From: Reclinomonas americana ATCC 50394 | Lineage: Eukaryota | Assembly (NCBI GenBank): GCA_048213135.1 | Contig: PS015383.1 | Location: 3,189 to 43,384 of the forward strand | DNA: 40,196 bases | Direction of reading: 5' to 3' | In this document: in pieces, positions 17,863 to 31,549 of the stretch | How positions within the stretch are numbered: position 1 is the first letter of the stretch | Layout: the number at the start of each line of letters is the position of its first letter | Notes under the pieces: generated by a model | Seen by the model: the letters and a program-made list of their open reading frames with translations, nothing else | Databases searched by the model: none | What the model was told of the DNA's origin: nothing | Translations under genes and position numbers: made by a program

Positions 17863-20800
17863 TTATCTTGCCTCGTCCACCATCTCCACATCACCATCAT
17901 CAGCATCGTCGTCGACCACTATCGGGGAGACGCAGGCGGTGGAGGCCAGAGTCTCGATCACGGGTCGCAGGGTGTCGTTCGTGAATCGCTGCAGCAGGTC
18001 TCGGCACAGTGTCTCCACCGACTGCGCGCGGCATGTGAGCACACCACGACACAAAACACACACACAAGGCACTCTCGTGCATGCACGCACCTGCTTGACG
18101 ACTTTCGCGACAGACCCAAAGAGCCGAGTGAGGCACATGACCGAGTACTTGACCAGCCCACGAACGCCAACGGCATCGGCTTTGGTGCGCAGGTGCGACT
18201 GCACGGCGTCCACCAAGTGCTTCGCCAACAATGATGCGTCCTTGGCAGAGAGCATCGACAGCACCAGGTCGCTTCGCAGCACCGAATGCAACTGCCATCG
18301 ACACGTGCCAGTGAGACCAATAGTTGTATGGAACAAGGAGGAGGAAAAGAGGAAAACACGCACAAGTGTGCTTGCCCACTGCGCCTCAATGGCGGTCCGT
18401 TGCAGCATACCCTTCAGTCTGTCCACGCACTCGGCCTGCACGAGCCCACATCGGAGTCCTGTATGCGCACAATCCCAGTCAGTGAGCCATAAACCACAGT
18501 AGTTACAACAAGTGAGCAGGGCACGAAACTCTCTTGTGCTTGAGAGGCCGCCGTTCCAGCGGGCACATCGAGCAAAATGTTCACCAGCAGGGCACACATC
18601 GACTGCACATCATGTCAGTCACAGCAGTGCGCGATACACTCTCAGTCGTCACCACTCACCGACACCACCACCGGATCCTCATCGGCGAGCATTGCCGTCA
18701 CGTTGGCCTCGAAGAATCGATCATTCAGCGCCGCTTCCACCAGGAACTCGAAGCGCTGCACACAACGCAAATCAGCAAAGCAGTCATCGTCCTCTTTCCT
18801 TCACTCCGCCCCCCACTCACCGGCTTGTCGGAGGCTGCAGTCATACCCACAAGTCGCTGCGCCAACCGCGCACAGTGGGCTCGCACAGACGCACCGTCGC
18901 TGCCGAGAAGCGGCAGCGGGAGCACCGAGAGCGCGCATCGCACCGTGCCGAGTACGGCAGCGAAAATGTCAAACTGCGCCAACGCTGGCCCAACCTCACG
19001 GCCGTTCAGCAATTCACTGGCGCTCTCCAGCATGCTGAAGAGGGCGACCGAGGCAGGCACGCTGGCCTCCGGTACCGGCACCGGCAACGAGGCCGCCAGC
19101 GCCTCCACCATGTCCTACGTACAACACACGCGAATTAGTGGCTGCGACCGCAAACGACACGATTCTCAGTGCACGACAACCCACCTCGTGCGTGAGACAC
19201 GCAGTCAACCACTGCGACTCGTCGTCGACTGGACCCGGTGACGAGAGGTTCCCGAATCCGTCGTCGCCATCGTCATCGTCGTCGCTGTCCATGGCACTGC
19301 TACGTCCGCGGAAATCGCCATCGTCGTCGTCGTCGTCGTCGTCGTCGTCTTCATCCTCTTCATCGTCCTCCTCCTCGTCCTCACCGTCGTCCTCGTCTTC
19401 CTGCTCCTTCACATCCACCATCTCCGCATCACCGCCGTGCACGTCGCTCGTGGGACCCTCCTCATCTTCATACTCCACAACGTCATCATCGACGGTCTCC
19501 GGCACACCGGCAGCATCGACCTCCTCCGGGGGAGGTATGGCGTGGTCGGGAGTAGAAATGGCCACCACATCGCTGTCGAACTCGTCCTCCACCTCCTCCA
19601 CCTCCTCCGCAATGTTCCCGTTGCCAGGCACCACCGACGCCGCGTTTCCGCTTGGCTCAGCGCCGCGCATCATCGACACAATGGTGCGACGAGCGGCGGC
19701 CACTGGCACGGTTGTCGGCGCGGTCACCGGCGCCGCGGTTTCGACTGCACTCGCCGTTGCCGACGCCTCCACATTCTTCTTCTTGCGTTTACGCGGCGGC
19801 TGCTCGCCATTCTCGCCGGCTGGTGACCGAGTGTCAGATCGGGAGCAGCGACAAGACAAAAAAACATGCAACCAAACCTTCTCCAGTGGCGGCGACACGC
19901 TTGCGTGGTGTCGCAGACTTCTTCTCCTGCAGGGGTGGCAGCTCGGGAACCTGCATGTCCACACCCTAGCGTGTCTCTTTGCATCAGCACAACAGTGGAC
20001 GGACAACACACACATATACATGGGCACACGAATCACCAACCATTTCTGCCAGGGCGGACTGCTGCACCTCCCAACGACGCTGCGCGTGGGGGCAATCAAG
20101 TGCGTAAGTCCGAAGCAGCAGCACAAAGACAGACCTTCAGAGTCTCCACACACACCTTGTTCTTCTTGGTCAGTGACTGAATCAGCCTCTCCACTTGCCG
20201 CTGCGATGGCTTGGATTCGACACACGCGGCCAGCACCTCTGGCACGAGCTTCTGCAGGCCGACAGTCGATCCGTGCACCAGCTGGTAGCACGCACACGCG
20301 CGCACAGTGAGCACATCCACAGCACTTGCGCCCTCCGGCAAAGGCAAAACTCACCTTCACCACAAGCGGAATCTCCTCGACCTTCACCAGCCGCTTCTGA
20401 ACGCCATGGCGCTTGCCATCGTCACCCACCTGACCCGCAGCGTCAGCCGCAGCGGAGCCAGACGGCGACGTGGCACCAGCTCCTTCGCCACCCTCAGCGG
20501 CACTGCCATCGGCGGCGGCCGCAGGCGGCTCAGGAGGCCGGACGAATGAAATATCTTCGGAGCCTGATGTGACGGAGTGAGTGACGATGAAGATGCATGG
20601 AAACGCCCATGGCGTGTGACACATGCCTGGCAAGACGCGCATGCGGAACCGCGACAGGAACGCCACAGCATCGTGCGACACGGAGGTGGCCAGTGATGCT
20701 GATGGTTTCCAAAAAGTGAGCACGGTGTGCAATCTTGGCAAAACAACTCGCGTGCATACCTTGCCCTGCATTGTTCTGGTGCAGGAACACGCCATAGAAC

Positions 20801-23693
20801 ACCGGCGTCATGTCCGGCTGGTTGGCGGCGTTGCCAGCACGGCGGCGACTGTTATTGGTCTGTTATGTGCGGTGAGTGAGTGAGGGGGGCTGGTGATGGC
20901 AGCACACGAGCACTGGCAGTCGACTTCACCTTGCCAGCCAGTGCGCTGTTGCGTGCCGACTCCTTGGCAACGTCGGCATCTTCGGCGGCGAACTGGCCAC
21001 GATCACGTTCGTCGGCATCGACATCCAGTCCTTCGTCGTCGGACAAGTAGCCCTCGGGCACCACAAAGCCCTCCTGCACGAGGCACAAATAAAGTCAGCC
21101 CACATCACACGAACCGAAGATAACAACTGGTGTGCACATCATCATCACCTCATCCTCCTCCTCGTCCTCGCCCTCGTCTTCCACGTCGGAATTCTAGCAG
21201 ACAGAACAACGGTCAGCAGTGGGCGCCTCACAACACCCAGTGGACGTGCAACGCACCAGACTCTCGCCATCGCCCTCCTCCTCCTCTTCCCACTCGGCCT
21301 CCGAGTCCACATCGTAGTCCAGCACACCATTGGTATCGTGACCAAACGGCCGGCGGCCCGACACTCCGCGAGGCTTTCGCGACCGCGTGCCAAAGTACGG
21401 CGGACGCACGTCTTCGTGGAAGTAGAGGAATTTCATCCGCGGCACCAGTGACGGCGACAGCTCGGCGTGCTCGGTGCGGAAGCGTGAGCACTTTTGGCGC
21501 CACTGACTGCGAAGCTCTTGTCGCTGCGTGGTGCCGACGCGGTGCCACCGCTGCCGCCATCGCTCACACAAATCTACACAGCCGCCGTTAGACCACCAGG
21601 GAATGGGGGAATTAAACAGAGAGAGGGAGAGAGAGACAAACCCTTGATGGGGAGCTCGACGCCGCCAAGCACGCTGGTGATAAACTCGGGAGCATTTTCA
21701 TCCACCTCACTCAGCGGGTACCGAGAGAGCCATTCGGAGCGCCTCAGCACCATCGCGCTCACTTGCACCGGAGTCACCACGGTTGCGGCACCGTCGACCA
21801 CAGACGACACATCGCCAGCGCTGGCTGCAGGCACACCGGCAACGGTGGCGACAACACTTGCGGCGGCCGTGGCTGTCGAAGCGACAGAGGCGCCGGCAGC
21901 CGACGGAGTGGTGGCCGCAGCGTTCGCACCAGCAGAATCTGCGCAACATCGTGAACCGACGATCTGCGGTGGTAAAGAGCAGTGTGGTTGCGTACCAGCG
22001 GCGCGCCGCACGAAAAAGTCCAGTCGCCGTTGCTTCTCCTGCAAGCAACAGAAAGTCAGAACACGTAAATACACCCGGAGGAAAGCAGCGGCAAGAAAAG
22101 CGCAACGTCAGGCACCACAGTGGGCTTGACACGCGGCTGCTTGACTGCGGCGCCCTTCTTGCCCTTGGCACCAGCGGCGTCACCGGCAGCGTCGTCCACA
22201 GCCATGGCGTCGCCGTCGGCGGCCGTGTCGTCTCCCTCGGCGGCGGCAGCCTTGCTTGCGGCAGAGGGCGACAGGGGCGTGGCAGAGGCGGCCTTGGCGG
22301 CGGCCTTCTCCAGACGCACACGCTCGCGTTCGGCCTTCTCGCGCTCCTTTTGCGCCTTGCGTTCGGCCTTTTCGCGCTCGCGCTCGGCCTTCTCCCGCTC
22401 CTTCTCCACCTTGCTCTGCTCCTTCTCCAGTCGGCCACGCTGCTTCTCCGCCTGCTTTCGATTCTTCTCCGCAATCTTGGTGGCCGCGCGCAGCTCCTTT
22501 TGCAAATTCAACAGCACATCGCGCAGACCCTTGCGCACCAGGCGGCGCGGGCGCACCACGTCGCGTGCGAATCGCGGCAGCGCCGTCAGCGCGCGCGCCT
22601 CCCACACGTACAACTCGTGCGCCGCCGGCACATCGTCGCCCGGCTTCAGGCCATACGGCTCCCGCTTCAACAGCACCTCCAACTTGTCGGCCACGGCCTT
22701 TACCGGCAGCCGCAACACGGGCGCAACATCGGCAAACACAACGCGATGCACGTGCTCGGCCAGCTCCGCCAGTGGCTCCGATCTGCCACAGAGGAGAGGA
22801 TGAATAACAGGAGAAGGGCGAGGACGGCAAGCACAGCAAGAGGAGACGCACCGGCCCTGCGCCAACACCAACAGAAGAGGGTGATGCTTCTCGGGGAAAG
22901 TTGCCGGCAAGTTGGCCTCGGTCCACTCCGTGTACACCTCCTGCCGGAAGTCCTGCAACAGCAGCGCCGTCTCCGGCGCCGACTGGAAGTCCTCCGGTGC
23001 CTCACGCTGCGCGAGCTTCTCCGCCAGTCGCCGCGCACACTGCACGCAAAGTCGCCGCCATTTTTTTCAATCGTCGCGTCACAATAAGTGACCGACACAC
23101 AAAACACGCACCTCTGCCGCCGTGGCATCAGCGTCCACCGCTGAAGCCGCAGTCGGCACCGACTGCTGCGACTGCGCCTGCGACTGCGACACCTCCGTAA
23201 CACTGTCGACCTCCATTGGCGCCACCTCCACTGGCATCACTGGCGGTGCAGGTGGTGGTGGCGGTGGCGGCTGTGATGGCGCCGGTCGCGCCGGTGAATC
23301 CGGCGACTCACCCGTGTCGCTCGAGTTGCCAACCACCTCATCATCATCATCATCATCATCCACATCCTCCACGTCGTCGTCTGCACGATGATGATGACGC
23401 TGCTGATGAAAGTCAACTGCCTCCGACGACGACGACTGCAGCTGCTGTGACACAAGCACCGGGGGCGACTGCGACGACGACTGCGACTGTGACTGTGAGG
23501 AGCACAGGTCCACCACTTCCTTGGCCGCCGCCGCAGCCGCAGCAGCTGCCTTGGCACCCGCACTTCCGCCCTCTACAAAACACACATGCACACACACACA
23601 GAGAGAGAGTCAGCGCGTGCATGCATGCGTCTATGTGCGCGTGTTGCAATGCACACCAGTCACGCGCGCGCCTCTGCCCAACCAGCGATCCAT
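17863..23693 (-). CDS. CHAF1A: Chromatin assembly factor 1 subunit A (p150/Cac1/FAS1) with a C-terminal extension
   Basis: Contains a KER-rich coil (EKEREKAEREREKAERK), a PIP-like QRRLDFFV, and the CAF1A signatures MKFLYFHEDVRPPYFGT, LDYDVDSEAEWEEEEEGDGESL and EGFVVPEGYLSDDEG. A winged-helix-like LVHGSTVGLQKLV...RRWEV follows, and in-frame splicing continues to TAA at 17863. The start ATG at 23693 is inferred. Confidence 0.85.
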
Positions 23694-23805
23694 CTTGCGG
23701 TGAATGCGCACAAGCAACAAAAAGGCAAAGTGCAAACCTGGACAATCAAAACGCGGGAATGTCGACGGCCAATGACGTGGCAATTGTACTTGCGTTTATA
23801 ACGAG

Positions 23806-24160
23806 ATGGTGAGCGACGTCACTCTCTCGCTGTGCGTGTGTGTGTGTGCGTCACTCACTCTCTCTCTGTGTGTGTGTGTGTGAGTTAGAAAGGAACAAAC
23901 GTGCGAGAAGCGCTGAAGGCATGGGAGGAGGAGACAGGGCAGCAGGCGGCGACTGCTGAGGAGGTCAAGCTGTTTGGGCGCATTCCACCCATTGAAAAGA
24001 TGGATGCGTCGCTCTCATCACTCTCCAGCTGCCGCGTTTTGTCGCTCTCCACAAACACAATCTCACAAATCGCCAATCTCAGTGGCCTCAGTTGCGCGCG
24101 CGCCAAAATAACACACACTCTCTCGCTGTCTCTCTCTCTTTTTCTTCTCGTTACTCGCTG

Positions 24161-24192
<32 letters not shown>

Positions 24193-24779
24193 TTCCCCTC
24201 ACCCTTCACACACTCACGCATCCTGTTTTTCAGATCGACTGGAGATCCTGTCACTCGGCCGCAACTCGATCAAGAACTTGGGCGGTCTCGACGCAGTGGC
24301 CGACACCTTGCAGCAGCTGTGGATCTCGTATAACAACATCGAGAAGCTGTCGGGCATTGAGAAGCTGAAGCGGCTGCGTGTGCTCTACATGAGCAACAAT
24401 CGCGTAATCTCGTGGAATGAGTTTGAACGATTGGTGAGCGAGCGAGCGAGTGCGACTGGATAGCTTGCCGTTTGCATGTTGGACTTATATGTATACACCA
24501 TCGTGTTACGTGCGTCGCAGCGTGAATTGCCCGAGCTGGAGGACCTTGTATTGGTCGGCAATCCAATTGAGGCAGCTGCCGGCGATCAGTGGCGGAATGA
24601 GGTGACTTGCTCTCTCTCTCTCTCTCTCCCGTGTACCGCCGAAAGCGCCGCAGGGTGGCTTACACGCATGCATACAGGTCATTCGTCGTCTGCCCAATCT
24701 CAAGAAGCTCGACGGCCACCCCATCTCCAGCGAGGACCGCGAAGTCGCTCTTGGAGGCTCCATGACCGTCTCGGCGTAA
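23806..24779 (+). CDS. DNAL1: Axonemal outer-arm dynein light chain 1 (LC1, LRR), 5 exons
   Basis: [19 protein letters not shown]...[74 protein letters not shown]...LYMSNN...LVGNPIE...LPNLKKLDG. The first exon is ATG only (inferred). Confidence 0.95.
24117..24187. repeat. (CT)n-rich intronic microsatellite in DNAL1
   Basis: Directly visible. Confidence 0.85.
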
Positions 24780-25070
24780 AATCGAATTCTTCAAAGAACA
24801 GCGTGTGTGTGCTTGTATTTACAGGAGAGCCCGTGGAACAGTGAAAAAGAATCGCTCCCTGTGCATTATGTAATCATCGACGATGATTACACCGAAAACG
24901 GCCGTGTAAATTGCTCGCGCGACGAAACAACGTTTTGATTTCGAGATCTACGCACGCCTCTCACTCGCTCCACCAAGCGACGCACACGCTCTGAAAGATC
25001 GTGCAAGAGATTCACAACAACACACAGACACACACAGACAGAGAGTGAGCGCTCTTGTACTGCACCGACG

Positions 25071-28000
25071 ATGAGTGCGTTGACGACGGATCAATTGTTG
25101 CAACTGGCTGGCGATCGTCCACGCGTGCTCGGACTGCCTCCGCCCGGCTCTGCCAACGGGTCGATGTCGACCTCGTCGCGTCCTCCGCCTCCACTCACCG
25201 AGGCGTTTGTGCGACGAGTGTGGTCGGCGACGGTCGAGTACTGCCGCGATCAGGTCGAGCGCGGAAGAGTTGCGTTGTGAGGCTAGAGAGAGTGAGAGCA
25301 GCTGTGATTGTGCTCGCTGGATGTGTGCTGATAGAGAGAGGATTTCCGGTCGTCTTCTGTGCTGCGTAGGGTGTTCGGGTCCTGCAGTTTTGTCTGTTTG
25401 GCTTCCAGGTGATCCGCAAGGACCGTGGTCCGCATGGCACGCAAGTGACGCATCGCCCGCTCTTCCTGCTCGACCAAAAGTTCATCAATCGAGCTGGCGT
25501 GTCGCGGCGAGGTCCATCGGAGGCCTTGTCGCGCATGTCTGGCGATGCTCCGATCACCAATCTCAATGTCACGGTGTTGGCTGCTGCGCTCGACGAGAAC
25601 AAGGATGAGGTGCAGCTGGCGCTCTCTGCGCTGATCAATGTCATGGCGGAGCGCATGGCATGGTTCGCTCATGTTGGGGGGCGTCGTGTTTCGATATCTC
25701 CTCGGTCGCTCATCTCCGCTGTGCGTGTAGTGGTGCCACCATGCAGGTGTCGTTCCCCGGAATCGGCCTGCTCGGTGTCAAGCAGCACCGGTATTCGTTC
25801 ACGTTTGCGGATTCCATGCTCGACACGCTGCACACGCTCGATTCTGCTCTTTCGGTACGTCGCCGATATGTCGATATCAATGATTTGGCGTGCTTGTTTC
25901 TGAACACATGATCAGCAACGAGATGCGTCGGAGAATGGACGATCGCCGACGCATGCAGAGGGCTCTCTGGTGGAGCGACTACGCACACCGTTGCTCGCCT
26001 CGTTGCGTCGCACTGTGTGCATTTGAAGGAATTGATGATGTATCCGCTGACCTGCAGTGCAGCGGGCATGTGACACTCTCGCCCACCAACGGTGGCAAGG
26101 AGGGGCGCTCAGCCAGCGCCAATCGCCGTCCGCGCACCGCGGCATCGACGATCAGTGCTGCCGGCGGCAGCAGTGGTGGTGGTGGAATCGACTTCACACT
26201 CGGAAGTGGTGACCACCGACCGACCACTCCGGCACTGGATGTGCCACGTGGTCGTCCGCGCGATCTGGACGTCTCTCGTCGTGCGCAGTCGTTGAGCGTC
26301 GATGCGGCGGCGCGCTCCCGACCAGGGTCCAGTGCGGGCAGGTACTTTGTGCTTTGCTCATTGAAGAATCACACACCCTTGCTCATCGTTGCCCGCAGCG
26401 TGCGTCCGCACACCCCGGCCGACATTTTGATGAGACCGCAAACGCCGGCAAGCCAACTGGCCAAGATTGTGGGCTCCTCGCGCCTCCAGAATCCCAATGT
26501 AGCTTCGCTGGCGCGCAGCTTCTACGACCGCACGACGTACAGGCGATCGTTTGATCCGAACGAGCAGCCAGTCGAGTCCGAGACTGGCTTTGCCATTCCG
26601 CCGCGCACCGGCTCGCGTGTCAACCACTTTATGAGTTCGCTCATGTCGGCACAGAGCCGTCAGAATGCGACATCGGCAGAGCCTGCTTCTCGCTCGCAAC
26701 AGCAGGCCGGCACCGCGCAGGTCTGGAAGGTCGGCGACGACGGCATGAAGGAGATGGTCATGGATGCGTCTGCTGCCCCTCTCTCGCCCCCGTCGGATAG
26801 TCATGGTCTGTGTGTGTGATTTTGCTTCAAAAATTGAGGCGCAACGCCGTCCGCTGACTTGTGCTGCATGTCAGGTGGCGGTGGTGGAGAACGCAGCATG
26901 GGTTTCTCGCCGTATGCTGCACCGCGCTCCGGCGGCTCCGTTCCCTCCGAAGTGCGCTCCAGCGTCAAGGAGCAAGTGCGCGAATTCTTGTTGCAGAAGA
27001 AGCGCGAGGCCGACTGGGCACGCGACTACAGTCGACGAGGTGCGTGATGTGTCACTGGGAGTGCGCATTCTCCAATCGCGCGTCAATCTCACTACTCTGT
27101 GTATGTGTTTGAAACCAGGCCACGGTCCAAAGAAGTTTGAGGGACCCGAAAAGGTGCGCGCGGACCTTGACGAGCAGGTGCAGCAGAGGCAGATGCTGGC
27201 GGCGTACGAGGAGGCCCTGGAGTTTGAGCAGTCGCGCCTCGATTCGGCCGCCGTGGAAAAGTACCACGAGTCGGAAAAGGTGTGGATGGTGACCCCCGTG
27301 GTGAGGTGCCCGTGCGCCAGTGTGTGCTCATTGTGTCATTGCAGAGATGGATGCAAAAGAAGAGACAAGAGCTGCGGGAGCAGATGCTGACGAACCAGGA
27401 GGCGGCCAACTCGTGGCGCTCGACGCAACGCGAGCTCGGCAAACCGGCCGACATGGGACTTCTGCTCAGCGACAATCCCAAGTCGCGCAAGATTGCCGCC
27501 AAGGCCAACGCCGAGGACCTACAGAAGCAGATTCGTACGCGGGCTCAGCAAATGGCGTCTGATCGACAAAAGGAGATGCAGGAGGCCGAAAACCGCCGCA
27601 TTCGCGAGACCGAAGAGTTGCGCCCGCCGCCATGTCCACGCTTGCCAATTCGCTTGATACTCATGATGCGACGCAGATTGCTGAAACTGGAGCAGGCGGC
27701 GATCAGGAAGCGACAGAACAAGATGGCGGACCTACGCACGAGTCTCGAGTGGCAGATGGCGCACAAGGCGGAGGCCGTGCCGGCACGCGTGCCGTCCAGC
27801 GAGAACCGATTTGCTCGCGGCGCGTACTCGTTTGACGGCCGCCGCGGCAAACTGTACGAGCAGCAGGCTATGCGCGATTTCTACGACAGGCAGGTCCAGG
27901 AGGCGACGCACAAGCAGCGATCGGAGTACGACCAGGAGATCTCACAGCAAGAACAGATGCGAGCCAAGATCCAGCAAGAGTTGCGAGCTGAGATGCTGAT

Positions 28001-28300
28001 GGAGCTGGTGACCATGACTCATCTTCCTGGGTCACCTGCAGAGTCGACGAGGAGTTGAAGAAGCGCAAGCATCAGAAGATCAAGACGGCGGAGACGTTGC
28101 GTGCCACGTGGGACGATCAGGTGCGACACAGGGTGGCCAGGGAGCAGGAGGAGTTGCGTCGTGCCCGCTGGATTGTGGATGATGTGTGTGTGGTTGGTTT
28201 CTCACCAATTGTGTGTTGTTCGACAATTAGGTGGGTGGACATGAATACCACCCTCACCTCCTTGTGCCTCGACAGCGATGTGGCCAACCTCGCAACGTAG
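25071..28300 (+). CDS. CCDC81: CCDC81-like protein (two N-terminal HU-like domains plus C-terminal coiled coil)
   Basis: VRRVWSATVEYCRDQVERGR|GVRVLQFCLFGF...HRPLFLLDQKF...PITNLNVTVLA...MQVSFPGIGLL...YSFTF matches the remembered CCDC81/DUF4496 pattern. Coiled-coil exons splice in frame to ...CLDSDVANLAT* at 28300. Confidence 0.8.
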
Positions 28301-28387
28301 TGAGCACCACCACAGTCGCATACGCAGCAACGCATTTGTTTCCGCCCTCGTTACATAAATGTTTCTTGTTGATTATGTGCTCTTCAC

Positions 28388-30181
28388 TCACGTGTTCACT
28401 TGCCACGGAAGCGGTACCTCGCCACCAATGTAGCGCTGCAAATCAGCCACTTCAGTGTCGTCCGGCTTGGCTGCTGTCAGCGTGACCTCGGCAAAGGGGG
28501 CTGCAGTGAGGTGAAGTGAGTGAGAAAATGGAGGTCGTCAGCAAGCAAGCAAATGACACCGCACCCTGGAAGGAGAGCCAATAGTACGCAGGCGGTGCGT
28601 CGGGGTCTGTGTTGCGTGGCCGAATGGCATCGACGACCATATCCAGCACTTGCAGACCGAAATCGAGACACACGTGTGAATCCCAGTACGCCTGTCCGTA
28701 TCTACTTAGGAGGTGAGCAAGAGTGCGAGTGCAGCACAACGCGACACACACACACACACACACACACACCTCGGCAACTCGTGTGTGCTCATATGTTGCA
28801 CTGCGCGCAACTGCCCCTCGCGAGTTCGAAAGCCGGCCACAATGTGTGGAACGCCCACGAGGTACGACTGAATCCACCAGCGAACCAGCTTGCTGCATGC
28901 ACCACTCCATTAACAACAACGACAACAACTGATTGCACCTCCTGCCTACATGCGCACCGCTCAAACGCCGCCCGCTGTCTGCACAGAGCAATAGTCAGCC
29001 GCATTACAAATATCAAGCACACTCGGCACACCAACACACACGAACCCGTCGTGCCCAATGACGGCCGTTGTCTTGAGCTCCACTTGCTCTCCACTGTCTT
29101 GCAGCACGCAGTCGAGCTCGGCCCCGAGGCAGAACCTGCGCTCAACAGTCTCAGCGACGACAACACCCGCTGCGCAACTCGCCGCATCACGACCAACCTG
29201 TGCGGACCGAGTTGGCACTCAAACACGCCACAATACTCCTGCGAGACGGCCGCCACACGATCCGCGCCTTGCTCGCAGCACGCCTCCTCAAAGTTGTAGC
29301 CCAGATACTCAAACTTTTTCGCCTCCGCCGAGTTCGACCACCCATCTCGCTCGGGGGCGTCGCTGCTCGGTGCCACGTTCGGCTGCACATAAAACGTGAG
29401 CCGCTGTCGATGACACTGCACAGATGCACGTGAGAAGCAGCGTTAGCTCCCAGTGATGGACGGACGGGCTCACCTCAACAAGAATGCGCCACGGCTCCGA
29501 CAACGCATACGGTGTGCCGAGGATCTTGTTGAAGCTGTTCCTCCAGCTGTAGATCAATGGTCGCCGTTCTAACCTCTCCTCCGCGCCCTTCTCGGCCCGC
29601 TGCAACAGCAGATCGTGCACCTGTGCAATGACTCGCACAAACACTGCGTGCGCCGACACCTTGCCCGTGTACTGCTCAAAGCCGGCGGTCAGATCGAGAC
29701 CCAGTCGAGGCTCTCGAAACACGCGCTGTTCGGGAGGCATGAGCGGGAGGGGCACGGAGAGGAGGAGGAGGAGGAGGAGGAGGAGGAGGAGGAGGAGGAG
29801 GAGGAGGAGGAGGAGGAGGAGCAGTAGTGAGACACACTCACCGGGGTGCCAGGAACAGTGACATGCGACAGCACATCTGCGACGATCGATGCATGAAAGG
29901 ATGATCATCACCGTCCCCCAGTAAGACAACTCGATCACATGCATACCTCCACTCTCCAGTCGCTCGTGATGCACAGAAAAGGAGCCACGCATGACAGGCC
30001 GCACATACGCTGCTGCTGCTGCTGTGGAAGGAGGAGCAGACGATGCAGAAGAAGAAGAGCCGCTTTCATGAACTTTGCTGCGTTTCGTCGCCGATTCATC
30101 GACCTGTTCTCCTCGGCGATCGCGTGGACGCTTCTGACCGGCACTGGGAAGCACCGGAAGTGACCACGATCGCGCTGCCAT
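28388..30181 (-). CDS. DXO: DXO/Rai1/Dom3Z decapping exoribonuclease family protein
   Basis: Family motifs occur in order: YSWRNSFNKILGTPY, YLGYNFE, GAELDC, VELKT, KLVRWWIQSYLVGVPHIVAGFR. Confidence 0.9.
29757..29821. repeat. (GAG)n/(CCT)n repeat inside a DXO intron
   Basis: About 21 units between a minus-strand GTGAGT donor and an aacag acceptor, so non-coding. Confidence 0.85.
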
Positions 30182-30271
30182 TCGCTTCTGCGTTCCCAGT
30201 TGATTTTCTTTTTTATTGAGCACAGAGAGCGGACTGCGGGACCACAGACATGCACACACTGTGGTGGCATA

Positions 30272-31424
30272 TCACATGACACTGCACTTGCCCTTCTTCT
30301 TTTGTGGTGGTGCTGCATCGGGGTCGCCCACATCGTCGTCTCGCAATGGGTAATCGACAATCGCCGCCGGTACAACTTTCTGCTCACCACTCCAAGTCAG
30401 CACTCTCTCTCTCTCCCTCAACACATACAGACTGCCCTTTCCTCCACATGGCTTGCCTTTTGTACTTCCAGTTCGGGATTGGTGACAGTGACGCCGGCAA
30501 CGTCGGCAGCGATCTTGAACATGGCCAGGTCGACGTGATCGCCTGCAGCAAGCACACATCAGTCAACGCCATTCTGTGGTACACACGTATGAGCATCATA
30601 ACGCCGCACCCGTCTTGGCACTGGCGAGGAATGGCTTCAGGTTGCGTTCCGTCGCGAAACTCATGTGCATGTCGTACTTGACGGCCCGAATGTGTGTGAG
30701 GTCCACTGTGGTGAACGAGAATGAGCACACTGCAGGAGAAAAGAAGGTACGCCTGAGCAGCGCAACTCTTGTTGCCCATGAGCGCAATGTAGGGTCTTGG
30801 CTTGTCACGGAAGGTCTCATCGACAAACGACAGCCAGTCTTCGAGGTCTCGGTAGCTCTGCAATCGCCCACTCCATTTGAGCGACGATCAAGACGCAGGC
30901 GAGATCCACAGTAAAAACATGCCTGGTAGTTGGTGATATCATAGACCAGCACAATCGCATGTGCGTTGCGCAGGTACGTGTCGAGCATGGCACTGCCGAG
31001 CTGCTGTCCACCAATATCCCACAACTGCAGAGATGCGATCACATTGCCTGTTACAGATGAGAAGAGTGAGCAGCGGAGGAGGGGGAGGAGTGAGCACGCG
31101 CATAGAGTGAGAGCGAAGGAGACCAGGCAAGGCAATCCTCCGTGCGAAAAAGTCAATGCCAATCGTCTGCTTGTACGAGGTCGCAAACGAGTCCTTGGTG
31201 AAGCGATGAATGAATGATGTCTTGCCCACTGCCTCACATACACATGTAAGCAACACACCAGACACGGTCAACCTCTCTCACTCAGACACACCTGCGCCAT
31301 CGCCCAACACCACAACCTTGAGTTGTACCACCTCCGGCTCCTCACTGTCAGTGTCTGAGTCATCGCCTGCCTTGGCGGCGTTCTTGGGCGGTGGCATTCC
31401 GCCACTGCCACTTCCACTCGCCAT
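30272..31424 (-). CDS. RAB28: Rab28 small GTPase, 7 exons (two GC-AG introns)
   Basis: [88 protein letters not shown] and a CaaX end CSVM*. WDIGGQ and the C-terminal pattern are Rab28-typical. Confidence 0.93.
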
Positions 31425-31549
31425 CACAGAGACGAAGAGAGAGAGAAGGAGGACAGAGACAGAGAGAGACGTTGCGCGTTTCCCGCCAACACAGCTCGCG
31501 GCGGGTCAATCGATCAACGCCGCCCTGTGTGGAGACTGAGTGAGTAAGG

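Noticed and set aside
19138-23087. Long plus-strand ORFs (390 aa, 434 aa) and similar overlapping ORFs elsewhere
   Set aside because: They are antisense shadows of GC-rich, low-complexity coding exons with no recognisable protein features.
23769-23783. CCAAT plus TGACGTGG (CRE/G-box-like) in the CAF-1/DNAL1 divergent spacer
   Set aside because: It is a single short occurrence not clearly repeated in other spacers, so it cannot be supported.
28806-28811. Minus-strand GTTGCG in DXO as another shifted donor
   Set aside because: The exon continues in frame (EGQLRAVQHMSTHELP) to a later GTGTGT donor, so it was not counted.
29750-29830. PolyL/polyE/polyR coding tract
   Set aside because: The repeat lies inside a DXO intron.
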